From the NCBI GenBank assembly GCA_938074745.1, contig CALJEJ010000004.1:1597-65596 (forward strand): a DNA stretch of 64,000 nucleotides, written 5' to 3'. Position numbers and translations under genes: made by a program. This stretch comes from an uncultured Endomicrobiia bacterium. Its GTDB lineage: Bacteria > Elusimicrobiota > Endomicrobiia > DTEH01. Within the stretch, counting starts at the first letter, position 1; every line of letters starts with the position of its first letter. Under the pieces are notes generated by a model that was not told where the DNA came from, did not search any database, and was given only the letters and a program-made list of their open reading frames with translations. This document shows, piece by piece, positions 11,213 to 20,841 of this stretch.

Positions 11213-13693
11213 TTAGTCAGGTTTTGTATTAGTAAGTTTTTGTTGTAACAATTGAATTTTTTGTTGGAGAAGTTCTTTAGCCTGTTCGGATTTTAATAAC
11301 ATTTCACGTAAGTTATTTATTTCTCTATACAAATTTCTTATTTCTTGTTGATGTTGTTCCCTCAATTCTTTTTCATGAGCCAACAGTTCCTTTATTCTTG
11401 TTTCATAAATATTTCGTTCTACAATTAACATTTTCCTTAGTTCATTATTTTGTTGTTCACTTTTTGCAACAATTTGTGCTATTTCAATAGACTTCTTTTT
11501 TCTTTCTTCTTCTAAAAGTATAGTGATTTCTTCTATTTTTTTATCTTTCTGTTCTAATTTTAACTGAAATTCGTGCTCTTTTTGGTTTATTTTTTCTTCA
11601 TAATCTTTTTTAATATTATTTAAAATTTCATTGTCTCGTTGTAACTTCTCTAACTCTAAATTCAACATATCAATCTTTTTCAACAGGTCTAATTTTGTAG
11701 ATTCAAAATTCTGCTGTTCATAAGAAAGTTTATCTTCTAAAACTTTTATCTCTTGATTATATTTGTTAACAATTTCTTCAATTTCTTTCTTTTTCTCAGC
11801 GTCTATGTTAGATATTTTTTGTTGTAACTCATCAATTTGGGTGTTCAACGATTTAATTATGTTTTCATAAAACTCTTTGTTTTCTAAAATTCTTTGTTGT
11901 GTTTCTTCTTGCAATTTTAGAATTTGTGTTGTAAGATCTTTTTTTTCTGCTTCTAAAGATAATACTTTAGAAGAAAGTTCTGCATTTATACTTTCTAATT
12001 TTTTATATTCCAACTCAGATTTTTGCTGTTGTGACAACAAAAGTTCACAAGTTTGTTTTAATTCACTAATTTTTTGTTCATAATCTTGTTTTACTTTTTC
12101 AAAATCTTCGTTATAACTTTTCACTCTTAACTCCCACTCTGTCCGTTCATTAGAAAGTATCTCAGCCCATCTGTCTCGTTCTGTTTGTAACTGCAGGTTT
12201 TGTTCTTCAACTTTTCGTTCCAAATATTCTACTTGTGAGTGTAACTGTTGGTTTTGGATTTTTAGCTCTTGATATATTTTTCTTAATTCGTTATATTCTG
12301 CTTGAATATCATTAAGTTCTTTTTGCAATTTTTCAATTTCGTCATTTCGTGAAGCAAGAATTTTTTCATATCTTTCTACAGTATCTTTTAACTGCTGGTC
12401 TGTTCTTTGATGTTCTTCTTCCAACGCTTTTTTCCAAACTTGTATTTCAGAATTTAACTGTTGGACCAAGTTATTTTTTTCTTCCTCTAACTGAGAACAT
12501 CTTTGTTCCATTACAAGCCTGTTTTTATATTCTGTTTCATACTTATGTTGGACATCGTTTAGTTCTAATATAGTTTTTTGTAATTTTTCGTTCAATTTTG
12601 AAATTTGAGTATTTAACTGTTCAAACTCTTGCTGTTTTATCTTATCATAATTATATAACTTACTTTCTAATACAGATATAGTTTCATCTTTTTGTACAAT
12701 TTGTTGTTCAAGAATAGATTTTGAGTTATGTTCTTCTTCATATTTTTTGTTCAACTCTGCAATTTGTTGGTTTAAAATATTAATTTTTTCTTCATATTGG
12801 TTTATTATTTCCTTCTGTTTTTTTTCTGAGAAAATTCTATCTGTGTCAAGTTCTTTTTGTAGTTGTCGTAGTTGTTCAACTAGTTTCTTTTGTTCAATTT
12901 CTGCTTGTTCTTGGAACCTTTTTATTTCCAATTCTTTTTGTTCAATTAAAATATCTTTTTGTTGTAAAATTTCGTTAAGTTTATCAACTTCATTTTTATA
13001 ATTTTGAATCTCCAACTTCAACTCACCAATTGTAGCACGCAATTTTTCTATTTCGCCGTAAGTTTCAGCAAGTTTTGTCTCATAATCTTGTTTTTGTTGT
13101 TCAGCATGTTCTTTTATTTTTTCAATTTCTTTTTTTAAATCCAAAATTATAGTTTCGTAATTACTTCTTTCTTTGACAATTTGTTCTTCTTTTTGAGATA
13201 TAACCTCTTTTAGTTGAAGTATTTCTGATTCTTGTTTAGCAAATTGTGTTTCCCATTCTTTTATTTTATCTTCATGTAATTTTTTTAATTCTTGATATCT
13301 TTGTAATTCTTCTTTTAACCTCTGTTCTGCAGAATAAGTAATTTCTTTAAATGTTTTTATTTCATTTTCTATCATTTGCCATTTTGATATTTCACGTTCT
13401 TTTTGTTTTTGTAGTTCTTCAACATTTTTTTTAATTTTTTCCAACTCCATCTTTTGTGCTAATTCCAACGCTTCTTTTGTTTGCTGTAAAGCAGACTCTG
13501 TTTCAGCAAGTTTTGATTGCAAAGCAGCAATTTCTTTTTGTTTTGCTTCGTAAATTTTATTCCATTGTTCTTTCTGGCGTAAAAATTTCTTTCTTAACAT
13601 TTGCAGTACAGCAATTGCAATTTCTTTCTGTGCAGAATTTAATTCACGAGATAGTAAATCATAAGAAGAAAGTTCTATATTTTTTTCTTCCAT
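11213..13693 (-). CDS. Long coiled-coil protein, function unknown
   Basis: 826 aa, almost entirely E/Q/K/L heptads, nearly no Pro or Gly; no ATPase or transmembrane motif seen. Confidence 0.75.
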   Translation of the reverse strand: MEEKNIELSSYDLLSRELNSAQKEIAIAVLQMLRKKFLRQKEQWNKIYEAKQKEIAALQSKLAETESALQQTKEALELAQKMELEKIKKNVEELQKQKEREISKWQMIENEIKTFKEITYSAEQRLKEELQRYQELKKLHEDKIKEWETQFAKQESEILQLKEVISQKEEQIVKERSNYETIILDLKKEIEKIKEHAEQQKQDYETKLAETYGEIEKLRATIGELKLEIQNYKNEVDKLNEILQQKDILIEQKELEIKRFQEQAEIEQKKLVEQLRQLQKELDTDRIFSEKKQKEIINQYEEKINILNQQIAELNKKYEEEHNSKSILEQQIVQKDETISVLESKLYNYDKIKQQEFEQLNTQISKLNEKLQKTILELNDVQHKYETEYKNRLVMEQRCSQLEEEKNNLVQQLNSEIQVWKKALEEEHQRTDQQLKDTVERYEKILASRNDEIEKLQKELNDIQAEYNELRKIYQELKIQNQQLHSQVEYLERKVEEQNLQLQTERDRWAEILSNERTEWELRVKSYNEDFEKVKQDYEQKISELKQTCELLLSQQQKSELEYKKLESINAELSSKVLSLEAEKKDLTTQILKLQEETQQRILENKEFYENIIKSLNTQIDELQQKISNIDAEKKKEIEEIVNKYNQEIKVLEDKLSYEQQNFESTKLDLLKKIDMLNLELEKLQRDNEILNNIKKDYEEKINQKEHEFQLKLEQKDKKIEEITILLEEERKKKSIEIAQIVAKSEQQNNELRKMLIVERNIYETRIKELLAHEKELREQHQQEIRNLYREINNLREMLLKSEQAKELLQQKIQLLQQKLTNTKPD

Positions 13694-13700
13694 ATAAAGA

Positions 13701-14474
13701 TTAACCTCGGTTAACCAACTTAAGTTTTTCTTGTTTATCTACAACAATTTTGGTGTATATTACAGGCGTAATACTCAAAATTATTTCATAATATTTGCCT
13801 GAAGTTGAAATGTCAACAATTTTGCCACTGATATATTTTTGCCCTTTACCAAATAACAGTTCTGTTATATACTTAACCACTTCACGACGGTCAATTATTT
13901 CACATAAAAGCTCTTTTTTTGGTTTTAGTTTATTAGCAGGCACTCCTGAATTGTTATCTATCACAGGTTTCGTTTTGATATAAAACTTCTCTTCTTCTAA
14001 CAGTTTATATGTTTGGTTTTGTAACTCTCTGTGAGGTGTAACAAAATTTGACTTGTTTAAATCTCTGATTACAAATTTTTCTATATCAAACATATATTTC
14101 ATTTTCTTATCGGTATCTGAAACATTAATTGATTTTAAAATAATATCTTTTATCACATCAATATCATTCTCTTTTAATGACAAACATATTTTTTCTTCGT
14201 TTTTATAAATGTCTGAATATAGTCTTTTGGTTGTATCAAACAAAGTAGCATTTTGTAGTCTATAGCGTAAAACCTCACGTTCTACATTTTCCCAACTACT
14301 TTTAATATCAATCTCGTAAACTTCAGGATTGATAGAGACAACTGCTGTTACTTTGAATATTTTTTTCCTTTCTATATCAGAAGTGATTATTATACAACCA
14401 TACATATGTTTTTCCGGAATATATATTTTATATTTTAGAACATAGATATTACTTTCTTGGGTGTGCTGTTTCAT
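13701..14474 (-). CDS. Hypothetical protein (C-terminus loosely DUF4899-like); start uncertain
   Basis: 257-aa ORF filling the gap between xerC and the coiled-coil gene; family resemblance is weak. Confidence 0.55.
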   Translation of the reverse strand: MKQHTQESNIYVLKYKIYIPEKHMYGCIIITSDIERKKIFKVTAVVSINPEVYEIDIKSSWENVEREVLRYRLQNATLFDTTKRLYSDIYKNEEKICLSLKENDIDVIKDIILKSINVSDTDKKMKYMFDIEKFVIRDLNKSNFVTPHRELQNQTYKLLEEEKFYIKTKPVIDNNSGVPANKLKPKKELLCEIIDRREVVKYITELLFGKGQKYISGKIVDISTSGKYYEIILSITPVIYTKIVVDKQEKLKLVNRG

Positions 14475-15390
14475 AAACTTTTTTTAACCGTTCAAGTGTA
14501 ACATGTGTATAAATATTTGTAGTTGATAAACTTTTATGTCCGAGCATTTCCTGGATACTACGTAAATCACAACCCGCTTCTAATAAATGTGTAGCAAAAG
14601 TATGTCTTAACGTATGTGGTGAAACTTTTTTATGTAATGCTGCAAGGGTAATCCATTTTGAAAGAATTCCTCTTATTCCACGCACAGTTAACCTTTTACC
14701 ATTTTTGTTTAAAAACAATGCTTTATTTACAAACCCAGCTTGAGTTTTATAGTTTAGATACTGTCTAATATAATTTAATGCAACATCACCAACAGGAACT
14801 ATCCGTTCTTTATTTCCTTTACCCACTACAGTAACTATACCTTCATACATATCTATATCATTTTCATTCAACCCTGCTAACTCTGATATTCTTAATCCTG
14901 AAGAATATAAAAGTTCCAAAATTGCCCTATCTCGTGAAGTGAAAAAATCTTTTGGTTGTATAAGTTCTAACAATTTTGTTATTTCTTCTTTGGTTAAAAA
15001 TTTAGGCAACAATTTTTCCCGTTTAACATTATAGATATATAATAACGGATTTTTTTCAATAATTTGTTTTTTAACCAAAAATTTAAAGAAAGTTTTTAAA
15101 CTACTAATTTTTCTTGCAATTGAAGATTTTTTATATTCTAACTTTTGTAACTCTGCAACAAAACTTCGTATTACCAGTTTGTTTACTTCATTGATGTGTT
15201 TAATTCCTAATTTATAGGTTATAAATAACAAAAATTCTTCAATATCTAAAATATAAGAATTTACTGTATTCCCGTAAAACCCTCGTTCTCCTACTAAAAA
15301 AGTCTTAAATTTAACAATAAGTTTATTGTATTCATCAGATAATGTTGCTTTTTTATCAATTTCTCTTATAATACTTTCTTTTATATTCAT
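14449..15390 (-). CDS. xerC: Tyrosine recombinase XerC/XerD
   Basis: Full catalytic set: SGLRISEL, GKGNKER, HTLRH, LGH, IYTHV. Lies in dprA-topA-xerC synteny. Confidence 0.88.
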   Translation of the reverse strand: MNIKESIIREIDKKATLSDEYNKLIVKFKTFLVGERGFYGNTVNSYILDIEEFLLFITYKLGIKHINEVNKLVIRSFVAELQKLEYKKSSIARKISSLKTFFKFLVKKQIIEKNPLLYIYNVKREKLLPKFLTKEEITKLLELIQPKDFFTSRDRAILELLYSSGLRISELAGLNENDIDMYEGIVTVVGKGNKERIVPVGDVALNYIRQYLNYKTQAGFVNKALFLNKNGKRLTVRGIRGILSKWITLAALHKKVSPHTLRHTFATHLLEAGCDLRSIQEMLGHKSLSTTNIYTHVTLERLKKVYETAHPRK

Positions 15391-15420
15391 ACTTACAATG
15401 TATCTAAAATCTAATCTATT

Positions 15421-17271
15421 TCAGTTGGTTTTGTTAGTTTCGTTATACTCCATTTTATATTTACATTGTGGATATTTCTGACAGGATAAAAATTTTCCAA
15501 AACGACTGTTCCTAACTATCATTACACTACCACAAATAGGACATTTCATATCTGTCTTCATTTCAGATTTAGGTTTTATTTCTTTTTCTGCTATAGATAA
15601 AGATTTTTTTAGTGGGTCATAAAACATTTTTACAACTTCTACCCAATCACGTTTGCCTTCAGAAACTTCGTCTAATAATTCTTCTATATTAGCGGTGTAT
15701 GACTTATCTACTATTTCAGGGAAATACTGAATCAACAACTGTATTACCTGTTCTCCTAAAGGTGTGATTTCAAATTTTCTATCTTTTAATTTCACATAAC
15801 CTCGAGATTTCAATGTATCTACAATAGTTGCGTAAGTAGAAGGTCTACCTATACCATGTTTTTCTAATTCTTTTATCAAAGAGGCTTCGGTATATCTTTG
15901 TGGTGGTTCTGTAAAATGTTGTTTTGCAACGCAATCTTTAATTTGAAGTTCTTCATATAGAGACAGTTGTGGTAACAATGTTTCTTCTTTCTCTTCAGGG
16001 TAAAGAATTGTATATCCGTCAAAGATAATCATTTTTCCTTCGGATTCAAAAATATATTTGTCACTAACTGAAATATTCACAATAGTATGTTCATATTCCA
16101 TATCTTTCATTTGTGTAGCAACAAAACGTTCCCAGATAAGTTTATAAAGTTTATACTGTTCTTCTGATAGATATTTTTTTATTTTTTCAGGTGTTCGGTA
16201 AACACTTGTAGGACGGATAGCTTCGTGCGCTTCTTGCGCATTTTTTATTTTTGTTTTATATTTTCTTACTGTTGGGAACAAATATTTTTCAGTATAACAT
16301 TCTCTAATAAACCTTCTAACTTCTTCGTTTGCATACGGAGATACGTAAACAGAATCTGTCCTCATATAAGTTATTAATCCTACACGTTCATTACCACCCA
16401 AATCCACCCCTTCGTATAAACTCTGTGCAATAGCCATTGTTTTCGACGGCGAAAATTTAAACTTCCATGAAGCTTCTTGTTGTAATGTTGAAGTAACAAA
16501 CGGTGGTAACGGAGATTTTTTCTTTTTTTCAGTAGTAACGGCTATTACTTTTCCAATACTTTCTTTTTTTATATCTTCAACGATTGTTTCTGCATCTTGT
16601 TGTGTTTTGATACTTAGTTTATCTAACTTTGTTTCACCTATAAATTTTAGTTTTGATTTTATAGTAGTCGTTGTAGAATTTTTATAAAATTCTGCCTCTA
16701 TAGTCCAATATTCTTGTGGGACGAACTGTCTAATTTCTTTTTCTCGTTCATAAATAAATCTCAAAGCAACTGACTGTACTCTACCTGCTGAAAGTTTATT
16801 TACTATTTTTTTCCACAACAATGGAGATAACTTATACCCAACTAACCTATCAAGTACACGTCTGGCTTGTTGTGAATTTACTAAAGATATATCAATGGTA
16901 CGCGGATTTTCTAACGCAGTTTTTATTGCTTGTGGGGTAATTTCGTGAAAAGTGATACGTTTAACTTTACTTTCATCCAATTTTAATGCGTTGACAAGAT
17001 GCCAAGCAATAGATTCGCCTTCACGGTCATAATCCGTAGCTAAATATATATTCTCAACTTTATCTACATACTTTTTTAACATATCCAAAACTTTTCTTGC
17101 TTTAGGCAAAATCACATATTGTGGTTTAAACCCATTATTTTCGTCAACACCTAACTTATTTTTAGGTAAATCCCTAACATGACCATATGAACTTTTTACT
17201 ATAAATTTCTTTCCTAAAAATTTTGAAATTGTATGTGCTTTAGTTGGCGATTCAACTATTATAAGGTCCAT
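15421..17271 (-). CDS. topA: Type IA DNA topoisomerase I
   Basis: IVESPTKA, ATDYDREGE, SAGRVQS, LITYMRTDS (catalytic Tyr), GIGRPSTYA; one C-terminal zinc ribbon. Confidence 0.97.
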   Translation of the reverse strand: MDLIIVESPTKAHTISKFLGKKFIVKSSYGHVRDLPKNKLGVDENNGFKPQYVILPKARKVLDMLKKYVDKVENIYLATDYDREGESIAWHLVNALKLDESKVKRITFHEITPQAIKTALENPRTIDISLVNSQQARRVLDRLVGYKLSPLLWKKIVNKLSAGRVQSVALRFIYEREKEIRQFVPQEYWTIEAEFYKNSTTTTIKSKLKFIGETKLDKLSIKTQQDAETIVEDIKKESIGKVIAVTTEKKKKSPLPPFVTSTLQQEASWKFKFSPSKTMAIAQSLYEGVDLGGNERVGLITYMRTDSVYVSPYANEEVRRFIRECYTEKYLFPTVRKYKTKIKNAQEAHEAIRPTSVYRTPEKIKKYLSEEQYKLYKLIWERFVATQMKDMEYEHTIVNISVSDKYIFESEGKMIIFDGYTILYPEEKEETLLPQLSLYEELQIKDCVAKQHFTEPPQRYTEASLIKELEKHGIGRPSTYATIVDTLKSRGYVKLKDRKFEITPLGEQVIQLLIQYFPEIVDKSYTANIEELLDEVSEGKRDWVEVVKMFYDPLKKSLSIAEKEIKPKSEMKTDMKCPICGSVMIVRNSRFGKFLSCQKYPQCKYKMEYNETNKTN

Positions 17272-17292
17272 TTATTAAATCCTTTCTATTTT

Positions 17293-18420
17293 TTAACAAA
17301 TACTAATATAAATTTTCCCAGGTAACGATTTTATTTTTGCATTTAATTCAAGATTAAAAATTATAGACATTAATTTTGGCATTTCTATCCCTGAAACATT
17401 TTGTAGTTTATCAATATGTATCCCGTGAGGTTCTGATTTTATAATATTTAACACACGCAAATTTTCTTCATCTAATTCTAACATCTCTGTTGATTGTTGT
17501 TTTTGTAAATCTGATCCTACATTTTTATATTCTTGTTGGACAAATTTTGCTAATTGTGAAATTTCTTCCACTATATCTTCGGCACAGGTGACTATTTTCG
17601 CCCCTGTTTTTATAAGATAATTTGTCCCACAACTTTGTTTAGAAAATATACTTCCAGGTACTGCAAATACATCCTTGCCTAATTCTAATGCAAACTTTAC
17701 TGTAATCATTGCACCGCTACGAATATCTGCTTCTACTACTACTGTGCCTAAAGAAAGTGCTGCAATGATTCTATTTCTTTGTGGAAAAGATACTTTACTT
17801 GGTAACTGTCTAAACGGATATTCAGAAATTAATGCTCCACAAGTAGGAATTTTTTCCTGCAATTTTCTATTTGTTGAAGGATAATAAACACCTAAACCGT
17901 TACCTAATACAGCAATTGTTCTTAAATTATATTTTATTGCAAATTCATGTGCTAAAGTGTCAATTCCATATGCTAAACCGCTGACTATTGTTAAACCATA
18001 TTTACTTAACCCTTTGATTAATTTTTCTACTGCTAATCTTCCATACGAAGTTGGCCGCCGTGTCCCTACTATAGCAATTGAAATATTATCTTCTTCTTTT
18101 ATTTCACCTTTGATATAAATTAACGGTGGTGCGTCAGATAAATGTTTTAACATCACAGGATATCCTTTTTCATTATACATTACAATTTTAGCACCATATT
18201 TTTTTACCAAATCAAGTTCTTTTTGTGGGTCTATTTTGTTTTTATGTTCTAAAATACTTTTTGCTATTGAAGGGCCTATACTTTCAATACTTTCCAATTC
18301 CTCTAATGAAGAATTAAATACTTTCTGTGCACTACCAAAATATTCTAACAACCGTTTGATTCTTTTAGGACCCAACTCTGGAATTTGATTTAATATAATC
18401 AGAGCTTCTAATTCAGTCAT
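17293..18420 (-). CDS. dprA: DNA-processing protein DprA
   Basis: IAIVGTR, IVSGLAYGID, FPQRNRII, VFAVPG; C-terminal winged helix. Confidence 0.96.
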   Translation of the reverse strand: MTELEALIILNQIPELGPKRIKRLLEYFGSAQKVFNSSLEELESIESIGPSIAKSILEHKNKIDPQKELDLVKKYGAKIVMYNEKGYPVMLKHLSDAPPLIYIKGEIKEEDNISIAIVGTRRPTSYGRLAVEKLIKGLSKYGLTIVSGLAYGIDTLAHEFAIKYNLRTIAVLGNGLGVYYPSTNRKLQEKIPTCGALISEYPFRQLPSKVSFPQRNRIIAALSLGTVVVEADIRSGAMITVKFALELGKDVFAVPGSIFSKQSCGTNYLIKTGAKIVTCAEDIVEEISQLAKFVQQEYKNVGSDLQKQQSTEMLELDEENLRVLNIIKSEPHGIHIDKLQNVSGIEMPKLMSIIFNLELNAKIKSLPGKIYISIC

Positions 18421-18425
18421 AATAA

Positions 18426-18842
18426 TTACAACAGTTCGTCAGGGAAAAGTTTCTGTAGCTTGTTTTTTTCAGCAATATTTTTATGCACAGTTTTATTATC
18501 TCTACATTGTGGTTGTAATAGTATTTCCGTATCATCAAACGTATATTTGTGATATGTTCTCATTAACTCTATAATGCTTTTAATAAATTTTTTATCAGAA
18601 AAATATTGTTGATACTTTTGAGGAACTTTCCCTGCAGAAAAAATTAGTTCATCTTCGTCTAACCCAAGTATTTTAGCTATTTTAGCGATTACTTTTTCTT
18701 CGTATGGTGGATTTCTCTGACCAGACAATATTTTTGATAAATATGACACATCTATTCCTGCATATTCTGCAACTTGTTTCAAAGTAAGCTTTTTTTCTTT
18801 TATACTATTAGCAACTTTTTTTATAAACTCTTTAAATTGCAT
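18426..18842 (-). CDS. XRE/Cro-family HTH transcriptional regulator
   Basis: LTLKQVAEYAGIDVSYLSKILSGQRNPP helix-turn-helix. Confidence 0.85.
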   Translation of the reverse strand: MQFKEFIKKVANSIKEKKLTLKQVAEYAGIDVSYLSKILSGQRNPPYEEKVIAKIAKILGLDEDELIFSAGKVPQKYQQYFSDKKFIKSIIELMRTYHKYTFDDTEILLQPQCRDNKTVHKNIAEKNKLQKLFPDELL

Positions 18843-18847
18843 ATTTG

Positions 18848-19678
18848 TCAGTCTAGGATAACTCTTTTAGCTCCTGCATAATGTTTGAAATAATATGGTT
18901 CTTGTAGTGACGAAATTGTAACTTTTTTTCTACTACGTGTAGCGTGAATAAACTCGTTGTTTCCTATATAAATCCCGACATGGTTTATAGTTTCATATTT
19001 TTTTATTTTTCCTTTATATTTTCTATAATATGTCTTTTTAAAAAACACTAAATCGCCACAACGTAGTTGTGTTTTATCAATTGGTTTTCCAACTTTAAAT
19101 TGTTCTTTAGCTGTCCTAGGTAAAACTATACCTAAACGGGAAAATATGTATTTAACAAAATATGAACAATCAATACCATCATCAATATTCTCTCCACCCC
19201 ATTTATATGGAGTAGTATATAATTCTATCGCATAAGAAAGAACTTTTTTGGCTATTTTATCATTATATTTATCTATCAGTTGAACATCTACAGTTCTGGA
19301 ATAAGAAGAAATTTCTATATCTTCATCTATTTGGTCATAAACAATTGTATCGCCATTAATTTTTTGGCTATTTTCGTCTTTTTCAGTCCATTCTTCAGGT
19401 AAAGCAACTATGTTAGCAATAAGGTTTAGTTCAGTATTTATTTGTTGTTTTATTTTTTGTGCTTGGGAAAGTTCATATGGACCTATAAATAAAACATTTT
19501 CTTGAATATCAACAGTTTTGTTGTCATTGACATACCAATTTTGGTTTTTTATCACATCTTTAAGATATGAAGTTTCTTTGTTATTTCCACAAATAATTTC
19601 TATATAATATTCTAATCCAACAGCTACATTATAAACTATACTTAACAACAAAATTGTTATGAGTTTAAATTTATCCAT
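18848..19678 (-). CDS. NlpC/P60 (C40) peptidoglycan endopeptidase with signal peptide
   Basis: PYKWGG, GIDCSYF, LPRTA, GDLVFF, HVGIY, FIHA; likely start MDKFK at 19678. Confidence 0.9.
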   Translation of the reverse strand: MDKFKLITILLLSIVYNVAVGLEYYIEIICGNNKETSYLKDVIKNQNWYVNDNKTVDIQENVLFIGPYELSQAQKIKQQINTELNLIANIVALPEEWTEKDENSQKINGDTIVYDQIDEDIEISSYSRTVDVQLIDKYNDKIAKKVLSYAIELYTTPYKWGGENIDDGIDCSYFVKYIFSRLGIVLPRTAKEQFKVGKPIDKTQLRCGDLVFFKKTYYRKYKGKIKKYETINHVGIYIGNNEFIHATRSRKKVTISSLQEPYYFKHYAGAKRVILD

Positions 19679-19679
19679 T

Positions 19680-20075
19680 TTATTCCGCATAATTTCTTGT
19701 GCTGAGCAAATAATCAAACCTCTTTTTAGCAAGATTACCTTCGTAACTGTTGGGATAGTTCATATATAAAAACTTATAAACTTTTATTGCCTCGGGAATA
19801 CAATTTTGTTCTTCATAACATAAGGCTATGTGGTAATATGATTTAGATTTATAATTTTCTACTTTGTAATTATTTATTACACGGTTAAATCTAAAAATAG
19901 CACCGCCATAATTACGTCTGATATAATTTATGTATCCCATATAGTATTCAATTCCTTGTGCAATAACAGAGTCAGGATTTTGTTCTAAATAATTATTAAA
20001 TTTTCCTGATTTATAATAATCATAACAAAAATAAAATGTGCCAGCAAGAATTATTACTAAAATAAATTTTTTCAT
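19680..20075 (-). CDS. Small membrane-anchored TPR protein (BamD/CpoB-like repeats)
   Basis: N-terminal hydrophobic segment; YYHIALCYE..AIKVY..L...YPNS TPR pattern. Confidence 0.65.
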   Translation of the reverse strand: MKKFILVIILAGTFYFCYDYYKSGKFNNYLEQNPDSVIAQGIEYYMGYINYIRRNYGGAIFRFNRVINNYKVENYKSKSYYHIALCYEEQNCIPEAIKVYKFLYMNYPNSYEGNLAKKRFDYLLSTRNYAE

Positions 20076-20091
20076 ACTCTTAAACAACTTC

Positions 20092-20814
20092 TTACTGGGG
20101 AGCAATTAATACATCTTTCAGTGTTACTGGAGAATATACTCGTTTTATTTCTCCAACGAATATACCATTTTCTTTTATTTCTTTAACTTTTAATCTACCA
20201 ATATAGGTAAGTTGGTTCTTTTTTACATTTCTTAAAGAAATATCGTATTTACTTGGTCCTATGTGATAAATTCCTAAAACATCATTTACTCGTAAATCAT
20301 ATTTTGTCAACATTTTACAGTATACAATATCGCCATCAATACACAAAATTTTGTTTTCTTTAGTAGAAATTATTTCTGCTATTATTTCTTTTTCTTTTAA
20401 ATTAAAAGTTTTCACAAACAATTGTGTTTCTTGTTTTATCACAGCTTGTGGTTCAACTTCTTGTGACTGAAGAGTTTGTTGGTTTTCTTGTTCGTGTTGT
20501 TGAGTATAAACTATTTGCATTTTTTCAGAGACAGTTTCAACTGACTGTTGAGTTTCCTTTTGTAGTGTAGAAGAAGAAATATCTACTATTTTATCTTTAG
20601 ATGGTATTACAAAAACTTGTCCTGGGTAAATTAGATGCGGATTACGAATTTTGTCTTTATTAAATTGATAAATTTTAGGCCATAAAAAATTGTCGTTATA
20701 ATAATGTCCTGCGATATCCCATAAAGTATCACCTTTAACTACTATATGTTCTAAATCAGCATAAATGTTTGTAAGAATATTTACAACAATTACTATAAAC
20801 CAAAATTTAGTCAT
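20092..20814 (-). CDS. LysM peptidoglycan-binding protein
   Basis: Signal peptide followed by HIVVKGDTLWDIA...IRNPHLIYPGQ. Confidence 0.88.
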   Translation of the reverse strand: MTKFWFIVIVVNILTNIYADLEHIVVKGDTLWDIAGHYYNDNFLWPKIYQFNKDKIRNPHLIYPGQVFVIPSKDKIVDISSSTLQKETQQSVETVSEKMQIVYTQQHEQENQQTLQSQEVEPQAVIKQETQLFVKTFNLKEKEIIAEIISTKENKILCIDGDIVYCKMLTKYDLRVNDVLGIYHIGPSKYDISLRNVKKNQLTYIGRLKVKEIKENGIFVGEIKRVYSPVTLKDVLIAPQ

Positions 20815-20841
20815 ACATTTACCTCTTTTTTAGTTTATTTT

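Noticed and set aside
14449..15390. Tyrosine recombinase as the integrase of a mobile element
   Set aside because: Its size, motifs and dprA-topA-xerC context fit chromosomal Xer; no att sites or phage genes are nearby.
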